Assembly: GCA_964537265.1 (NCBI GenBank)
Contig: CAZHZE010000002.1
Location: forward strand, 21,395 to 85,394
DNA: 64,000 bases
Source of the DNA: an uncultured Gammaproteobacteria bacterium
GTDB lineage: Bacteria; Patescibacteriota; Patescibacteriia; Patescibacteriales; GWC2-42-12
Reading direction: 5' to 3'
Position 1 is the first letter of the stretch; each line of letters begins with the position of its first letter. Below the pieces are notes generated by a model, which saw only the letters and a list, made by a program, of their open reading frames with translations, was not told the origin of the DNA and searched no databases. Below, piece by piece: positions 43,013 to 53,048 of this stretch. A program made the translations under genes and the position numbers.

Positions 43013-45628
43013 ATGTCAAACAAAGAATTACCAAAAACATATAATCCGGCTGATTACGAAGATGCGATTTATGCCAAATGGGAAAAATCTGATTTTTTTA
43101 ATCCGGATAATCTTAAAGGCGATCCTTATTCTATAATGATGCCGCCGCCGAATGTTACCGGCGTGCTTCATCTTGGTCATGCTTTAGAAAATTCTTTAAT
43201 GGATGTTATGGCGCGTTATCAAAGAATAAATGGTAAAAAAGTATTATTACTTCCTGGTACTGATCATGCGGCCGTAGCTACGCAGGCTAAAGTAGAAAAA
43301 GTATTAGTTGAGCAGGGTATAAAAAATCCGCGTCAAGAATTAGGCCGGGAAAAGTTGCTAGAAAAAATTCGTGAGTATGCTGAAGAATCTAAATCTACGA
43401 TTTTAAAACAAATTAGAAAAATGGGAACTAGTTGCGACTGGTCGCGATTGGCTTATACTTTTGATGAAAAACGTAGCCAGGCGGTTAATGAAGTTTTTAT
43501 AAAAATGTATAATGATGGATTAATTTATCGCGGCAACCGCGTGGTTAATTGGTCGGTTAAAGGTCAATCAACTTGTTCTGATGATGAGCTCGTGCATGTA
43601 GAAAGGCCAGCTAAATTTTACACTTTTAAATATGCTAAAGATTTTCCTGTTGCCGTAGCTACAACTCGGCCGGAAACTAAGTTAGGCGATACAGCCGTGG
43701 CGGTAAATCCTAATGATAAAAGGTATAAAAAATATATTGGACAAATTTTTACGGTTGATATTGGCGCGGCCAAACCTTTGGAAATAAAATTTATTGCCGA
43801 TGAAGCGGTGGACATGAATTTCGGCACCGGAGCAGTTGGCGTTACGCCGGCGCACAGCATGGTTGATTTTGAAATGTATGAAAAACAAAAAACTAAAGGT
43901 GATCCGATTAATTTAATTCAAGTAATTGACCAAAATGGAAAAATGACCGAAGCCGCTGGGAAAGAGTACGTCGGCCTGTCAGTTTTAGAAGCTCGGGAGA
44001 AATTTATCGCTTGGCTTAAAAAAGAGAAATTATTAGAAAAAGAAGAAGATATTATGCAAAACGTAGGCACTTCTGATCGTTTTAGCGATGCGATTGAAGT
44101 TTTACCTATGACGCAGTGGTTTATTGATGTTAATAAAAAAATTACCGGTAAAGATAAAAGTTTAAAAGATTTAATGCGCGAAGCCGTAACTACCGGGCAT
44201 AATGGAGATAAAAAACAAAAAGTAAAAATTACGCCAGAAAGATTTGAAAAAATATATTTAAATTGGATTGATAATTTGCGCGATTGGTGCATTTCTCGCC
44301 AAATTTGGTGGGGACATAGAATTCCAGTTTGGTATAAAGGTGAAGAAATATTTATTGGCTCTGAGGCGCCAGATGGAAAAGATTGGATCCAAGATGAAGA
44401 CACTTTAGATACTTGGTTTTCTTCAGGTCTTTGGACATTTTCTACTTTGGGTTGGCCAGAAAAAAATTGGGAACAAAATTTTCATCCAACAAGCTGGATG
44501 CAAATGGGTTATGAAATTTTATTTTTTTGGATGGCGCGCATGATTTTAATGTCGACTTATGCTTTAGATCAAATTCCGTTTAGAGACGTTTATATTCATG
44601 GCATGCTAAGAAGCGAATCAGGCAAGAAATTTTCTAAATCATCAGGTAATAATATTGATCCGATTGAAGTTATTTCTAAATTCGGTACTGACGCTTTACG
44701 ACTAAGTTTGATTAGCGGTATTGCTCCGGGCAATGATGCAAAGTTTTATGAAGAAAAAGTTGAGGGCGCGAGAAATATGGTGAATAAGTTATGGAATATT
44801 TCTAGGTATATTTTACCCAATATTGAAAAAGGTGAAATTAATTTTGATGCCGATGAATTAACAATGGCTGAAGATTGGATATTGATAAAATTACATGTTT
44901 TATTTAAAGAAGTAACAGAAGATTTTAATAATTATAATTTTTCATCAGCCGCAGAGAGATTAAGAACATTTACTTGGAACGATTTAGCTGATTGGTATTT
45001 AGAAGCAAATAAATTTGAAAAAACAGAACAAAAAGGAAAAATTTTATATCATATTTTAAGAAATTTATTAATATTATGGCATCCTTTTATTCCTTTTGTA
45101 ACCGAAACAATATGGCGAGAGTTAGGAGAAGATAATTTATTAATAGTTGAAAAATGGCCAAAAATTATTTCAGATAGAATAGAAAATAATTTTGAATTAA
45201 TTAAGGAAGTTATTACAGCAATTCGTAACGCGCGCGCAGAGAATAATGTTGAACCAGCTAAAAAGATTAAGGCAGTAATTTATGCAGGCAACCAAAAAGA
45301 ATTAATTGAATCGCAAGCGCATTTAATTAAAAATTTACGCACGGGGATAAGTGAATTAGAAATTTTAGATAAAGGTGAAAAATTATCCGATGCTATTTAT
45401 GTTGCCGTTGGTGATATTGAAATTTATTTATTAGGCGCGGTTGACGCGGCTAAAGAAAAGATCAGAATAAAAAAAGAAATTGCTAATTTAGAAAAAATAA
45501 TTGCCTCGGCTAAAGTTAGATTGTCTAATAAAGAATTTACGGATAAGGCGCCAGCCGAAATTGTAAAGAAAGAAAAAGAGAAATTAAAAAATTGGCAGGC
45601 AGAATTAAAAAGTTTAAAGAGTAAGTAA
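43013..45628 (+). CDS. valS: valyl-tRNA synthetase
   Basis: 871 aa. HLGHA, KFSKSSGN (KMSKS) and a C-terminal coiled coil. Confidence 0.96.
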   Translation: MSNKELPKTYNPADYEDAIYAKWEKSDFFNPDNLKGDPYSIMMPPPNVTGVLHLGHALENSLMDVMARYQRINGKKVLLLPGTDHAAVATQAKVEKVLVEQGIKNPRQELGREKLLEKIREYAEESKSTILKQIRKMGTSCDWSRLAYTFDEKRSQAVNEVFIKMYNDGLIYRGNRVVNWSVKGQSTCSDDELVHVERPAKFYTFKYAKDFPVAVATTRPETKLGDTAVAVNPNDKRYKKYIGQIFTVDIGAAKPLEIKFIADEAVDMNFGTGAVGVTPAHSMVDFEMYEKQKTKGDPINLIQVIDQNGKMTEAAGKEYVGLSVLEAREKFIAWLKKEKLLEKEEDIMQNVGTSDRFSDAIEVLPMTQWFIDVNKKITGKDKSLKDLMREAVTTGHNGDKKQKVKITPERFEKIYLNWIDNLRDWCISRQIWWGHRIPVWYKGEEIFIGSEAPDGKDWIQDEDTLDTWFSSGLWTFSTLGWPEKNWEQNFHPTSWMQMGYEILFFWMARMILMSTYALDQIPFRDVYIHGMLRSESGKKFSKSSGNNIDPIEVISKFGTDALRLSLISGIAPGNDAKFYEEKVEGARNMVNKLWNISRYILPNIEKGEINFDADELTMAEDWILIKLHVLFKEVTEDFNNYNFSSAAERLRTFTWNDLADWYLEANKFEKTEQKGKILYHILRNLLILWHPFIPFVTETIWRELGEDNLLIVEKWPKIISDRIENNFELIKEVITAIRNARAENNVEPAKKIKAVIYAGNQKELIESQAHLIKNLRTGISELEILDKGEKLSDAIYVAVGDIEIYLLGAVDAAKEKIRIKKEIANLEKIIASAKVRLSNKEFTDKAPAEIVKKEKEKLKNWQAELKSLKSK

Positions 45629-45643
45629 TAAATTAAAAATAAA

Positions 45644-47062
45644 ATGGGAGTAGAAAATAATTTTGGTTTTAGACCAGTTACACACGAAAAGCCGAAGAAA
45701 ATTAAACATATAAAAGAAGAAGGCGGAATAACTCGCCGAGGTTTTTTAAAAGGTATGTTCGCGGTTGCCGGCGCAGTAGTCGTTGGTAAAGGCGTAGATT
45801 ATTTTATTAATAATTTCGGCGATGAAGCCGATAAAGAAGAAAAAGAAAAATCTGAGATTATAGAAGAGCCGACCGAAGAACAAAAAGAAATTGAAACTCA
45901 AGATAGCATATCTTCACAAGAAATTTTAAATTTAGAAAAAGAGGGGCCGATAGAATTTAATTTAAAAACTGTTGAGGCTATAAAAAATAACTGGAAAGAC
46001 AAATATCGCAATAATCCTAAATTAAGAGAAAGTTTTATTAATGCTTATAAAGAAATAGGTTGCTGGCAGCCCTATTTAGAAAAAATATTTGAAAAAAAAG
46101 GCGTGCCTAAAGAATTTATATTTTTAGCTATTCCTGAATCTCATTGGCAACCTAATGCTGTGTCCAGAACCGGCGCGGCCGGACCCTATCAATTTATGCC
46201 GAAAACAGCTAAACTTTATGATTTAAAAGTAAGTATTGATTATGATCAAAGAAAAGATCCGCTAGATAGCGCGCGAGCTTGCGCCGACTTATTGAGCGAT
46301 TTATATAAAGCAACTAAAGATTGGTCGTTGGCATTATCCGGCTATAATGGCGGTTTTATTTGGCAGTATTTAAAAGAATCAAAGGCGGAAAAAGCAGAAG
46401 TTTCTTATGAAGGTTTTTTAAAATTTATTGAGAATAAATTAAATGCGGCTAAAGATGATATTAAAAGTTTAGATAGTTATACTAGAAAAGTTCAAAGAGG
46501 CGATACCTTAGAAAGCATCGCAGCTCAAAGCGATGTTAGCGTGGCTGAGTTAGCTAGTTGTAATAAAATTAGTAATTATAGAAATATAAAAGCAGGCCAA
46601 ATTTTGATTGTGCCTTTTAGTAAAATGAGAAAGCAGGCCATGTTTAATAAGGAAGTCAGCGGTTTTTCGGAAAATTTGAATTATCCGGCTAAGTATTATG
46701 CCATCATGGAATTAATCGAAGAAGGTTTGGCCAAAGAGCAGAAAGATCCGATACATTTTCACATAAAAGAAGTTGAGCCATCAATTCCTAGGTATAATAT
46801 CTATACGGCTAAATATTTTGATAAAAATTTATTTAGAATTGCTAAAAAGCTTAAAATTGATCCTAAAAAATTAGCTGAAGCCAACCCCGAAGCTATTAGA
46901 AATTTAAAGCCAGGATTAAAAATAAAAATACCAAACAAAGTCAATCAAATAACTTTAGCTGATATTGCCAAGGAAACAAGCCAGCCGATTTCTAGATTAG
47001 AATTTTTAAATCCAGCCATAAAGAAAAATGCACCTATCTTAGCTAAACAAGTTAGAGTCTAA
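45644..47062 (+). CDS. lytic transglycosylase (SLT domain) with LysM repeats and a twin-arginine-type signal
   Basis: 472 aa. ITRRGFLKGMFAVAGAVVVG, SLT motif AIPESHW..AAGPYQFMP, LysM (KVQRGDTLESIA..). Confidence 0.85.
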   Translation: MGVENNFGFRPVTHEKPKKIKHIKEEGGITRRGFLKGMFAVAGAVVVGKGVDYFINNFGDEADKEEKEKSEIIEEPTEEQKEIETQDSISSQEILNLEKEGPIEFNLKTVEAIKNNWKDKYRNNPKLRESFINAYKEIGCWQPYLEKIFEKKGVPKEFIFLAIPESHWQPNAVSRTGAAGPYQFMPKTAKLYDLKVSIDYDQRKDPLDSARACADLLSDLYKATKDWSLALSGYNGGFIWQYLKESKAEKAEVSYEGFLKFIENKLNAAKDDIKSLDSYTRKVQRGDTLESIAAQSDVSVAELASCNKISNYRNIKAGQILIVPFSKMRKQAMFNKEVSGFSENLNYPAKYYAIMELIEEGLAKEQKDPIHFHIKEVEPSIPRYNIYTAKYFDKNLFRIAKKLKIDPKKLAEANPEAIRNLKPGLKIKIPNKVNQITLADIAKETSQPISRLEFLNPAIKKNAPILAKQVRV

Positions 47063-47163
47063 TTAATATTCAAAATATAATATATTAAATAAAAATATTC
47101 ACCCCGTTAGATAAAATTTTAATAATTTTAATTTTATTTTTAACATAGGGTGTTTAAAATTAT

Positions 47164-48411
47164 ATGGTAATTAAAAAAAGTGAAATATCTAACGGGGTAA
47201 AAATAACAACCGATAAAAATAAAGTTCAAGAAGTTTTAATGCGCGGAGTGGAAAATATTTATCCTAATCGCGAAATTTTTGAGCGTGTTTTATTATCCGG
47301 AAAAAGAATTAGAATTTATTGCGGTTTTGATCCGAGCGCGCCGGCTTTACATATCGGCAACGCTATTTCTTTAATGAAATTAGGTCAGTTTCAGGAATTA
47401 GGCCATGAAATAATATTTTTAGTCGGCGATTTTACCGGAATGATTGGCGACCCGACTGATAAAACAGCGGCCAGAAAAAAGTTAACCCGCAAAGAAGTTT
47501 TAGCTAATGCAAAAAATTATAAAAAACAGGCCAGCGCTTATATAAAATTTAACGGTGCTAATCCGGCTAAAATAATGTATAACAGTAAATGGCACGATAA
47601 ATTAAGTTTTAAAGATTTAATTGAAGTGACTTCGAATTTTACAGCACAGCAAATGTTTGCCCGCGATATGTTTCAGGAAAGAATAAAAGCGGAAAAGCCG
47701 ATTTATTTGCATGAATTTTTATATCCAGTAGCGCAAGCTTATGATAGCGTAGTTATGGATGTTGATTTAGAGGTCGGCGGAAATGACCAAACTTTCAATA
47801 TGCTTTGTGGCCGCGATTTAATGAGGGCCATGAAAAATAAAGAAAAGTTTGTTTTAACCATGAAATTATTAGTTGATGCTAGTGGTAAAAAAATGGGAAA
47901 AACCGAAGGTAATATCGTAAATTTAGATGAAACCCCGGAAAATATGTATGGGCAGGTTATGTCTTGGCCAGACGGCGTGCTTGAAGCCGGTTTAGAATTA
48001 TGCACTAATTTATCGTCAGCCGAAGTTAAAGGCATGGTTGAACAAATTAAAAAAGGTTTAAATCCGCGTGATATAAAAATGCGTTTGGCCTACGAGATAA
48101 CTAAAATAAATCATGGTGATAAAAAAGCCGCGGCTGCCGAGGAGTATTTTGTAAAAACTGTGCAGAAGAAAGAAGTGCCGGAAGAAATTACAAATTACGA
48201 ATTATCAATTACGAATTGGAAAATAGTAGATCTTTTAGTGGAAGTTAGGTTGGCTGGTAGCAAGGGCGAGGCCAGAAGATTGGTTGAACAAGGCGGAGTA
48301 AAATTAGATGGTAATGTTGTTAAAGATATAAATAAGATAATTAAAATTACTAAAAGTGGTATGTTATTGCAAAAAGGCAAAAGAGGATTTGTTAAAGTAA
48401 CTAAAAAATAA
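47164..48411 (+). CDS. tyrS: tyrosyl-tRNA synthetase
   Basis: 415 aa. HIGN, KMGKT, C-terminal S4 domain (GSKGEARRLVEQGGVKLDG). Confidence 0.95.
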   Translation: MVIKKSEISNGVKITTDKNKVQEVLMRGVENIYPNREIFERVLLSGKRIRIYCGFDPSAPALHIGNAISLMKLGQFQELGHEIIFLVGDFTGMIGDPTDKTAARKKLTRKEVLANAKNYKKQASAYIKFNGANPAKIMYNSKWHDKLSFKDLIEVTSNFTAQQMFARDMFQERIKAEKPIYLHEFLYPVAQAYDSVVMDVDLEVGGNDQTFNMLCGRDLMRAMKNKEKFVLTMKLLVDASGKKMGKTEGNIVNLDETPENMYGQVMSWPDGVLEAGLELCTNLSSAEVKGMVEQIKKGLNPRDIKMRLAYEITKINHGDKKAAAAEEYFVKTVQKKEVPEEITNYELSITNWKIVDLLVEVRLAGSKGEARRLVEQGGVKLDGNVVKDINKIIKITKSGMLLQKGKRGFVKVTKK

Positions 48412-48413
48412 TT

Positions 48414-48443
48414 CTGGATTCCGGATCAAGACCGGAATGACAG
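48414..48443 (+). repeat. GC-rich hairpin element (CTGGATTCCGG..CCGGAATGACAG) in the murI 5' leader
   Basis: 7-bp stem ATTCCGG/CCGGAAT. Ends 11 nt before the murI ATG. Reverse complement of the element at 16689-16718. Confidence 0.7.
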
Positions 48444-48452
48444 CGGAGATTT

Positions 48453-49259
48453 ATGATTGGAGTTTTTGATTCAGGATTTGGCGGCTTAACCGTCTTAAAG
48501 GAATTTTTACGAGTTTTACCTGATTATGATTATATCTATTTAGGCGATAATGCGCGCGCGCCATACGGAAATAAGTCTGATGAAGCGATTTATGAATATA
48601 CAAAACAAGCGGTTGATTTTTTATTTAAACAGGGTTGCGAATTAATAATTATTGCTTGCCACACGGCTTCGTCTAAAGCTTTGCGACGCATTCAACAAGA
48701 ATATTTACTGACAGCCTATCCTGATAAGCGAGTTCTAGGAGTAGTAGTCCCGATTGTTGAAGAAGCTATAAAACTAAGTCGTTATCATAAATTGGGAATA
48801 ATTGGAACAAAAGCCACAATTAACTCCGGCGTTTATAAAAAAGAGTTGGAAAAATTAAGAAACGATTTGGAAATTTATGATCAAGCCTGCCCTTTGCTTG
48901 TACCGTTAGTTGAAGAAGGTTGGATCGGCAAACCAGAAACTAATAAAATTTTAAAAAAATATTTGTTGCCGCTGAAAATTAAAAAAATAGACACTTTAAT
49001 TTTAGGCTGTACCCATTATCCATTAATGATGAAAGATATAGAAAGAATTATAGGAAAAAATGTTAAAGTTATTAATACGGCCGTGGCCGTTGCGGAAAAA
49101 TTAAAAGATTATTTAAAGCGGCACGAAGAAATTGAAAAAAAGTTAGAAAAAAATGGGAAAATAATTTTTTATACAACTGATGAAGTAAATAAATTTAAAG
49201 AATTAGGAAAAAAGCTTTTAGTAAGAGAATTAAAAGATGTTAAAAAAGTTATTTTATAA
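48453..49259 (+). CDS. murI: glutamate racemase
   Basis: 268 aa. IGVFDSGFGGLTV, IACHTAS, GCTHYP. Confidence 0.93.
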   Translation: MIGVFDSGFGGLTVLKEFLRVLPDYDYIYLGDNARAPYGNKSDEAIYEYTKQAVDFLFKQGCELIIIACHTASSKALRRIQQEYLLTAYPDKRVLGVVVPIVEEAIKLSRYHKLGIIGTKATINSGVYKKELEKLRNDLEIYDQACPLLVPLVEEGWIGKPETNKILKKYLLPLKIKKIDTLILGCTHYPLMMKDIERIIGKNVKVINTAVAVAEKLKDYLKRHEEIEKKLEKNGKIIFYTTDEVNKFKELGKKLLVRELKDVKKVIL

Positions 49260-49261
49260 AT

Positions 49262-50989
49262 ATGATTGCTTTAGAAAAAATAAAACAAAATATTGCTGAT
49301 GCGATTAATCAGGCTTTAAAAAAGAAAATAATTAAGGCATCAGATTTAGTTTATCCGCCTAACCCAACATTCGGGGATTTAAGTTTGCCTTGCTTTCATT
49401 TAGCTAAAGAATTAAATAAGACGGCTGTAGAAGTCGGAGAGTTTTTAGTGGGTAAAATTAAAACTAATGATACAGTAATAGCGGTTAAAGCTATTGGGCC
49501 ATTCTTAAACTTTACTTTTAATAAAACTAAGTTAGCACAAGGCGTGATTGAAGAAATATTAAAAAATAAGAATAAATATGGCGTAAATAATGCTGGCCAG
49601 AATAAAAAAGTTATGATTGAGTTTTCTAATGCCAATACGCATAAAGAATATCATGTCGGGCATTTAAGAAATATTTGTTATGGCGATACTATTACTAAAA
49701 TTTTAAACGCCAACGGTTATAAAGCTATGCCAGTTTCTTATATTAATGATTTCGGTATTCATGTGGCAAAAACTTTATGGGCCTTAGAGAAATTTAAGAA
49801 AGACCTCACCCCGGCCCTCTCCTTGGCAATGAGAGGGGGTAATAAAGGGTATTTTTTAGGCAAAGTTTATGTTCGAGCTTGCCAGGAACTAGAAAATAAT
49901 GAAAACGCCAAAACTGAAGTAGGAGAAATTATGAAAAAAATTGAGAGTCGGAAGGGTGGCGAATATAAAATTTGGCAAAAAACCAGAAAATGGAGCATTG
50001 ATGGTTTTAATAAAATTTATAAAGAATTAGGCGTTAAATTCCAGCATACTTTTTATGAAAGCGAAGAAATAGGTAAGGGGTTAGATATGGTAACTAAGCT
50101 TTATGCCGAACATTTTTTAATTAAAAGCCAAGGCGCAGTTATTGCTGATTTAAATAAATATGATTTAGGCATATTAGTTATTTTAAGGGGCGATGGTACG
50201 GCTTTATATCCGGTAGCCGATTTACCGTTAGCCGAGGAAAAATTTAAAAAGTATAAAATTGATAAATCAATTTATGTCGTTGACGTTAGGCAAAGTTTAT
50301 ATTTTAAGCAACTATTTAAGATTTTAGAATTATTGGGTTATAAAAAAGAAATGAAACATTTAGGCTACGAATTTGTTAAATTGCCTGATGGCATGATGTC
50401 GTCTCGTACGGGCAATGTTATAACTTATGAAGATTTACGTTCTTTAGCTTTCAAAAAAGCTGCCAGCGAAACTAAAAAAAGACATAAAAACTGGAGTGAG
50501 AAAAAAGTTAATGAAGTGGCTAATAAATTAATTAATGGAGCCATGAAGTTTGAAATGCTTAAAGTTGGGGCCGGCAAGGTAATTACTTTTGACATTAATC
50601 AGGCCCTACGTTTTGATGGTTATACAGCGGCCTATTTGCAATATACTTGCGCCAGAATAAAAAGTATTATGCGCAAGTCAAACGCTGAAAAGAAAAAAAT
50701 AAAAATCAATTATAAAAATTTAATTAATAAAAAAGAAAATCAATTAATTAATAAATTATCTAAATATCCAGAAATTATTATTACAGCCGGAAAAAATTAT
50801 GACCCTTCGGAGATTGCTAAATATCTATTTGAGTTAGCCCAGGAATTAAACGATTATTATCATGCCGTGCCGGTTTTAAAATCAAAAACAGATGTAAAAA
50901 TTGCTAGATTAGCTCTAATAGATGCTATTAGCCAGGTAATTAAAAATGGTTTAGAAATTTTAGGCATAGAAGTAATGGAGGAAATGTAA
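49262..50989 (+). CDS. argS: arginyl-tRNA synthetase
   Basis: 575 aa. HVGHLRN (HIGH), class I core, C-terminal DALR anticodon-binding domain. Confidence 0.93.
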   Translation: MIALEKIKQNIADAINQALKKKIIKASDLVYPPNPTFGDLSLPCFHLAKELNKTAVEVGEFLVGKIKTNDTVIAVKAIGPFLNFTFNKTKLAQGVIEEILKNKNKYGVNNAGQNKKVMIEFSNANTHKEYHVGHLRNICYGDTITKILNANGYKAMPVSYINDFGIHVAKTLWALEKFKKDLTPALSLAMRGGNKGYFLGKVYVRACQELENNENAKTEVGEIMKKIESRKGGEYKIWQKTRKWSIDGFNKIYKELGVKFQHTFYESEEIGKGLDMVTKLYAEHFLIKSQGAVIADLNKYDLGILVILRGDGTALYPVADLPLAEEKFKKYKIDKSIYVVDVRQSLYFKQLFKILELLGYKKEMKHLGYEFVKLPDGMMSSRTGNVITYEDLRSLAFKKAASETKKRHKNWSEKKVNEVANKLINGAMKFEMLKVGAGKVITFDINQALRFDGYTAAYLQYTCARIKSIMRKSNAEKKKIKINYKNLINKKENQLINKLSKYPEIIITAGKNYDPSEIAKYLFELAQELNDYYHAVPVLKSKTDVKIARLALIDAISQVIKNGLEILGIEVMEEM

Positions 50990-51019
50990 ATTTTTTTATA
51001 CTCATATAATAAAAAATAA

Positions 51020-51640
51020 ATGATAAGTTCAATTATTTTTTTCATAACAAATTTTATAGTTAATGCCATTTCTTCTTTGGGTTATTTAGGTGTTGGCGCT
51101 ATGATGGCGATTGAGAGCGCTTGTATACCTTTGCCTTCGGAAATAATTATGCCGTTTGCCGGATTTTTAGTTGCTCAAGGGAAATTTACTCTTTTAGGCG
51201 TTACTTTAGCCGGAGCATTAGGTTGCGTTGTTGGTTCAATCGTGGCTTACGCGGTTGGAATTTATGGCGGGCGAGCATTTATTGAAAAATACGGAAAATA
51301 CATTTTAATTTCTAATCATGATTTAGAAGTAGCTGATAAATTTTTTAATAAATACGGTTCAAGCGCGATTTTTTTATCACGGCTTTTGCCAGTAGTACGA
51401 ACTTTTATATCTTTACCGGCCGGTATTGCTAAAATGAATTTTTTAAAATTTGTTATTTATACTTTTTTAGGCTCTCTACCTTGGTGCTATGTTTTGGCTT
51501 ATATTGGCAAAAAATTAGGAGATAATTGGGATACACTCGGAGTTTATTTCCATAAGTTTGATGTTGTTATTTTGCTGATTATATTATTTGGGGTAGTTTG
51601 GTATATAAGGAGACATTTAAAACAGGAAAAAATTAATTAA
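51020..51640 (+). CDS. DedA-family membrane protein
   Basis: 206 aa. ..ESACIPLPSEIIMPFAGFL.., SRLLPVVRTFISLPAG. Confidence 0.88.
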   Translation: MISSIIFFITNFIVNAISSLGYLGVGAMMAIESACIPLPSEIIMPFAGFLVAQGKFTLLGVTLAGALGCVVGSIVAYAVGIYGGRAFIEKYGKYILISNHDLEVADKFFNKYGSSAIFLSRLLPVVRTFISLPAGIAKMNFLKFVIYTFLGSLPWCYVLAYIGKKLGDNWDTLGVYFHKFDVVILLIILFGVVWYIRRHLKQEKIN

Positions 51641-51646
51641 TATATT

Positions 51647-53011
51647 ATGGAATTAAATTTAGAGTTTCTATCTATTCAAAATCCCTGGTGGCATAATTCC
51701 AAAAAATCTCTTTACCAGGGAGAAAATTTAAAATTTGATACAAAAATTGAATATTATAATCACCAGGCTTTAAAATGGCGGCCGGCAGTTTTAGATGAAA
51801 TAAATTTTAATAAAGATAATGTTTATTGTTTAAGTGGCGCTAAGGGCGTAGGTAAAACTACGTTATTAAAATTGATGATTAAAAAATTAATTGAAGAAGA
51901 TCATGTTAATCCGGATAATATATTTTTTTATTCCTGCCAAAATTTAGACAGCTTTGAACAACTTAATGAAATGATTAAGTTGTTTTTAAGTTTAAAGGCA
52001 GTAAAAAAACAACGCCATTATATTTTTATTGACGAGATTGCCATGCTAAAAAATTGGCAGAAGGGTATTAATTTTTTAATCAAGGCTAATAAATTAACTA
52101 ATGCGATTGCAGTTCTTTCAGCCTCGTCTTTAACTGAAAATAAGTTTAATAATATAAAAAATATTTTTATAGATAATTTATCTTTTAGCGAATTTGGCAG
52201 TTTAATAAATCCAGAACTCTTTAAAAATTTAGGTGAAGAAAATTATTTACTTAAGCAAAATAAACTAGAATATTATTTAGATATTTATTTTTTGACCGGC
52301 GGTTTTATTTCCGCTATTAACAACTACAAAGAGCATGGTTCAGTCAGGCAAAATATTTATAGCGGTTTTTTACATTGGTTTTTAATCCAAATCGCTAAGT
52401 CAAACAGAGATATAGCTTTAGCTAGGCAAATAATGGAAAGATTGATTTTAAATTTAGGTCAACCGGTTGGCTATCAAACCTTAACTCATAAAACTAAAGC
52501 TAAAACTCATTTAACAGCGGCTGAATATTTAAATATTTTAGAATCAACGCTAGCTATCAAAACGGTTTATCAATCGAATGGCGGAGAAGTGTCTAGCCGC
52601 AAAGCTAAAAAGGTTTATTTTAGGGATCAGTTTATTTTTTGGCTTTTTTATTCTTATATTTATGGTTCGCTTAATTATTATCAATTAGCCCGCGAACGGT
52701 TGCATAATCAAAAAGTTTTTTCTGTTTTAGCCGAAAACGTTGTTTTTAGCCATTTAATTAAAAATAAAGAAAATATAATAACTTATTGGCGAGATAACAT
52801 TAAACAAATAGAAATTAATTTTTTAGTTAAAAAAGGCAAAAAAATTATGCCTATTTTAGTCAGATATAATAAAGAAATCACCAAGTCGGATTTAAATATT
52901 TTTAAACAAGCCGGGTTTAAAAATGGCTTGATTATTAGTAAAGATAAATTAGAAAATAATAACGGCATAAGCATAATGCCGCTTTCTTATTTTTTATTAT
53001 TTTATAGATAG
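51647..53011 (+). CDS. AAA-family ATPase with DUF4143-like C-terminal domain
   Basis: 454 aa. Walker A GAKGVGKTT, Walker B IFIDEI. The C-terminal half resembles the DUF4143 / restriction-endonuclease-like region seen in this family. Confidence 0.75.
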   Translation: MELNLEFLSIQNPWWHNSKKSLYQGENLKFDTKIEYYNHQALKWRPAVLDEINFNKDNVYCLSGAKGVGKTTLLKLMIKKLIEEDHVNPDNIFFYSCQNLDSFEQLNEMIKLFLSLKAVKKQRHYIFIDEIAMLKNWQKGINFLIKANKLTNAIAVLSASSLTENKFNNIKNIFIDNLSFSEFGSLINPELFKNLGEENYLLKQNKLEYYLDIYFLTGGFISAINNYKEHGSVRQNIYSGFLHWFLIQIAKSNRDIALARQIMERLILNLGQPVGYQTLTHKTKAKTHLTAAEYLNILESTLAIKTVYQSNGGEVSSRKAKKVYFRDQFIFWLFYSYIYGSLNYYQLARERLHNQKVFSVLAENVVFSHLIKNKENIITYWRDNIKQIEINFLVKKGKKIMPILVRYNKEITKSDLNIFKQAGFKNGLIISKDKLENNNGISIMPLSYFLLFYR

Positions 53012-53013
53012 TC

Positions 53014-53042
53014 TTGACAAAAATTTATATATAAGGTATTAT
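53014..53042 (+). promoter_or_regulatory. sigma70-type promoter (TTGACA-17-TATTAT)
   Basis: TTGACA at 53014-53019 (3 nt after the ATPase stop), TATTAT at 53037-53042. Confidence 0.6.
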
Positions 53043-53048
53043 GTAATA

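Noticed and set aside
42961-47163. T-box leaders upstream of valS and tyrS
   Set aside because: The leaders are only ~50-100 nt and lack the specifier-loop/T-box consensus. Only simple hairpins are present.
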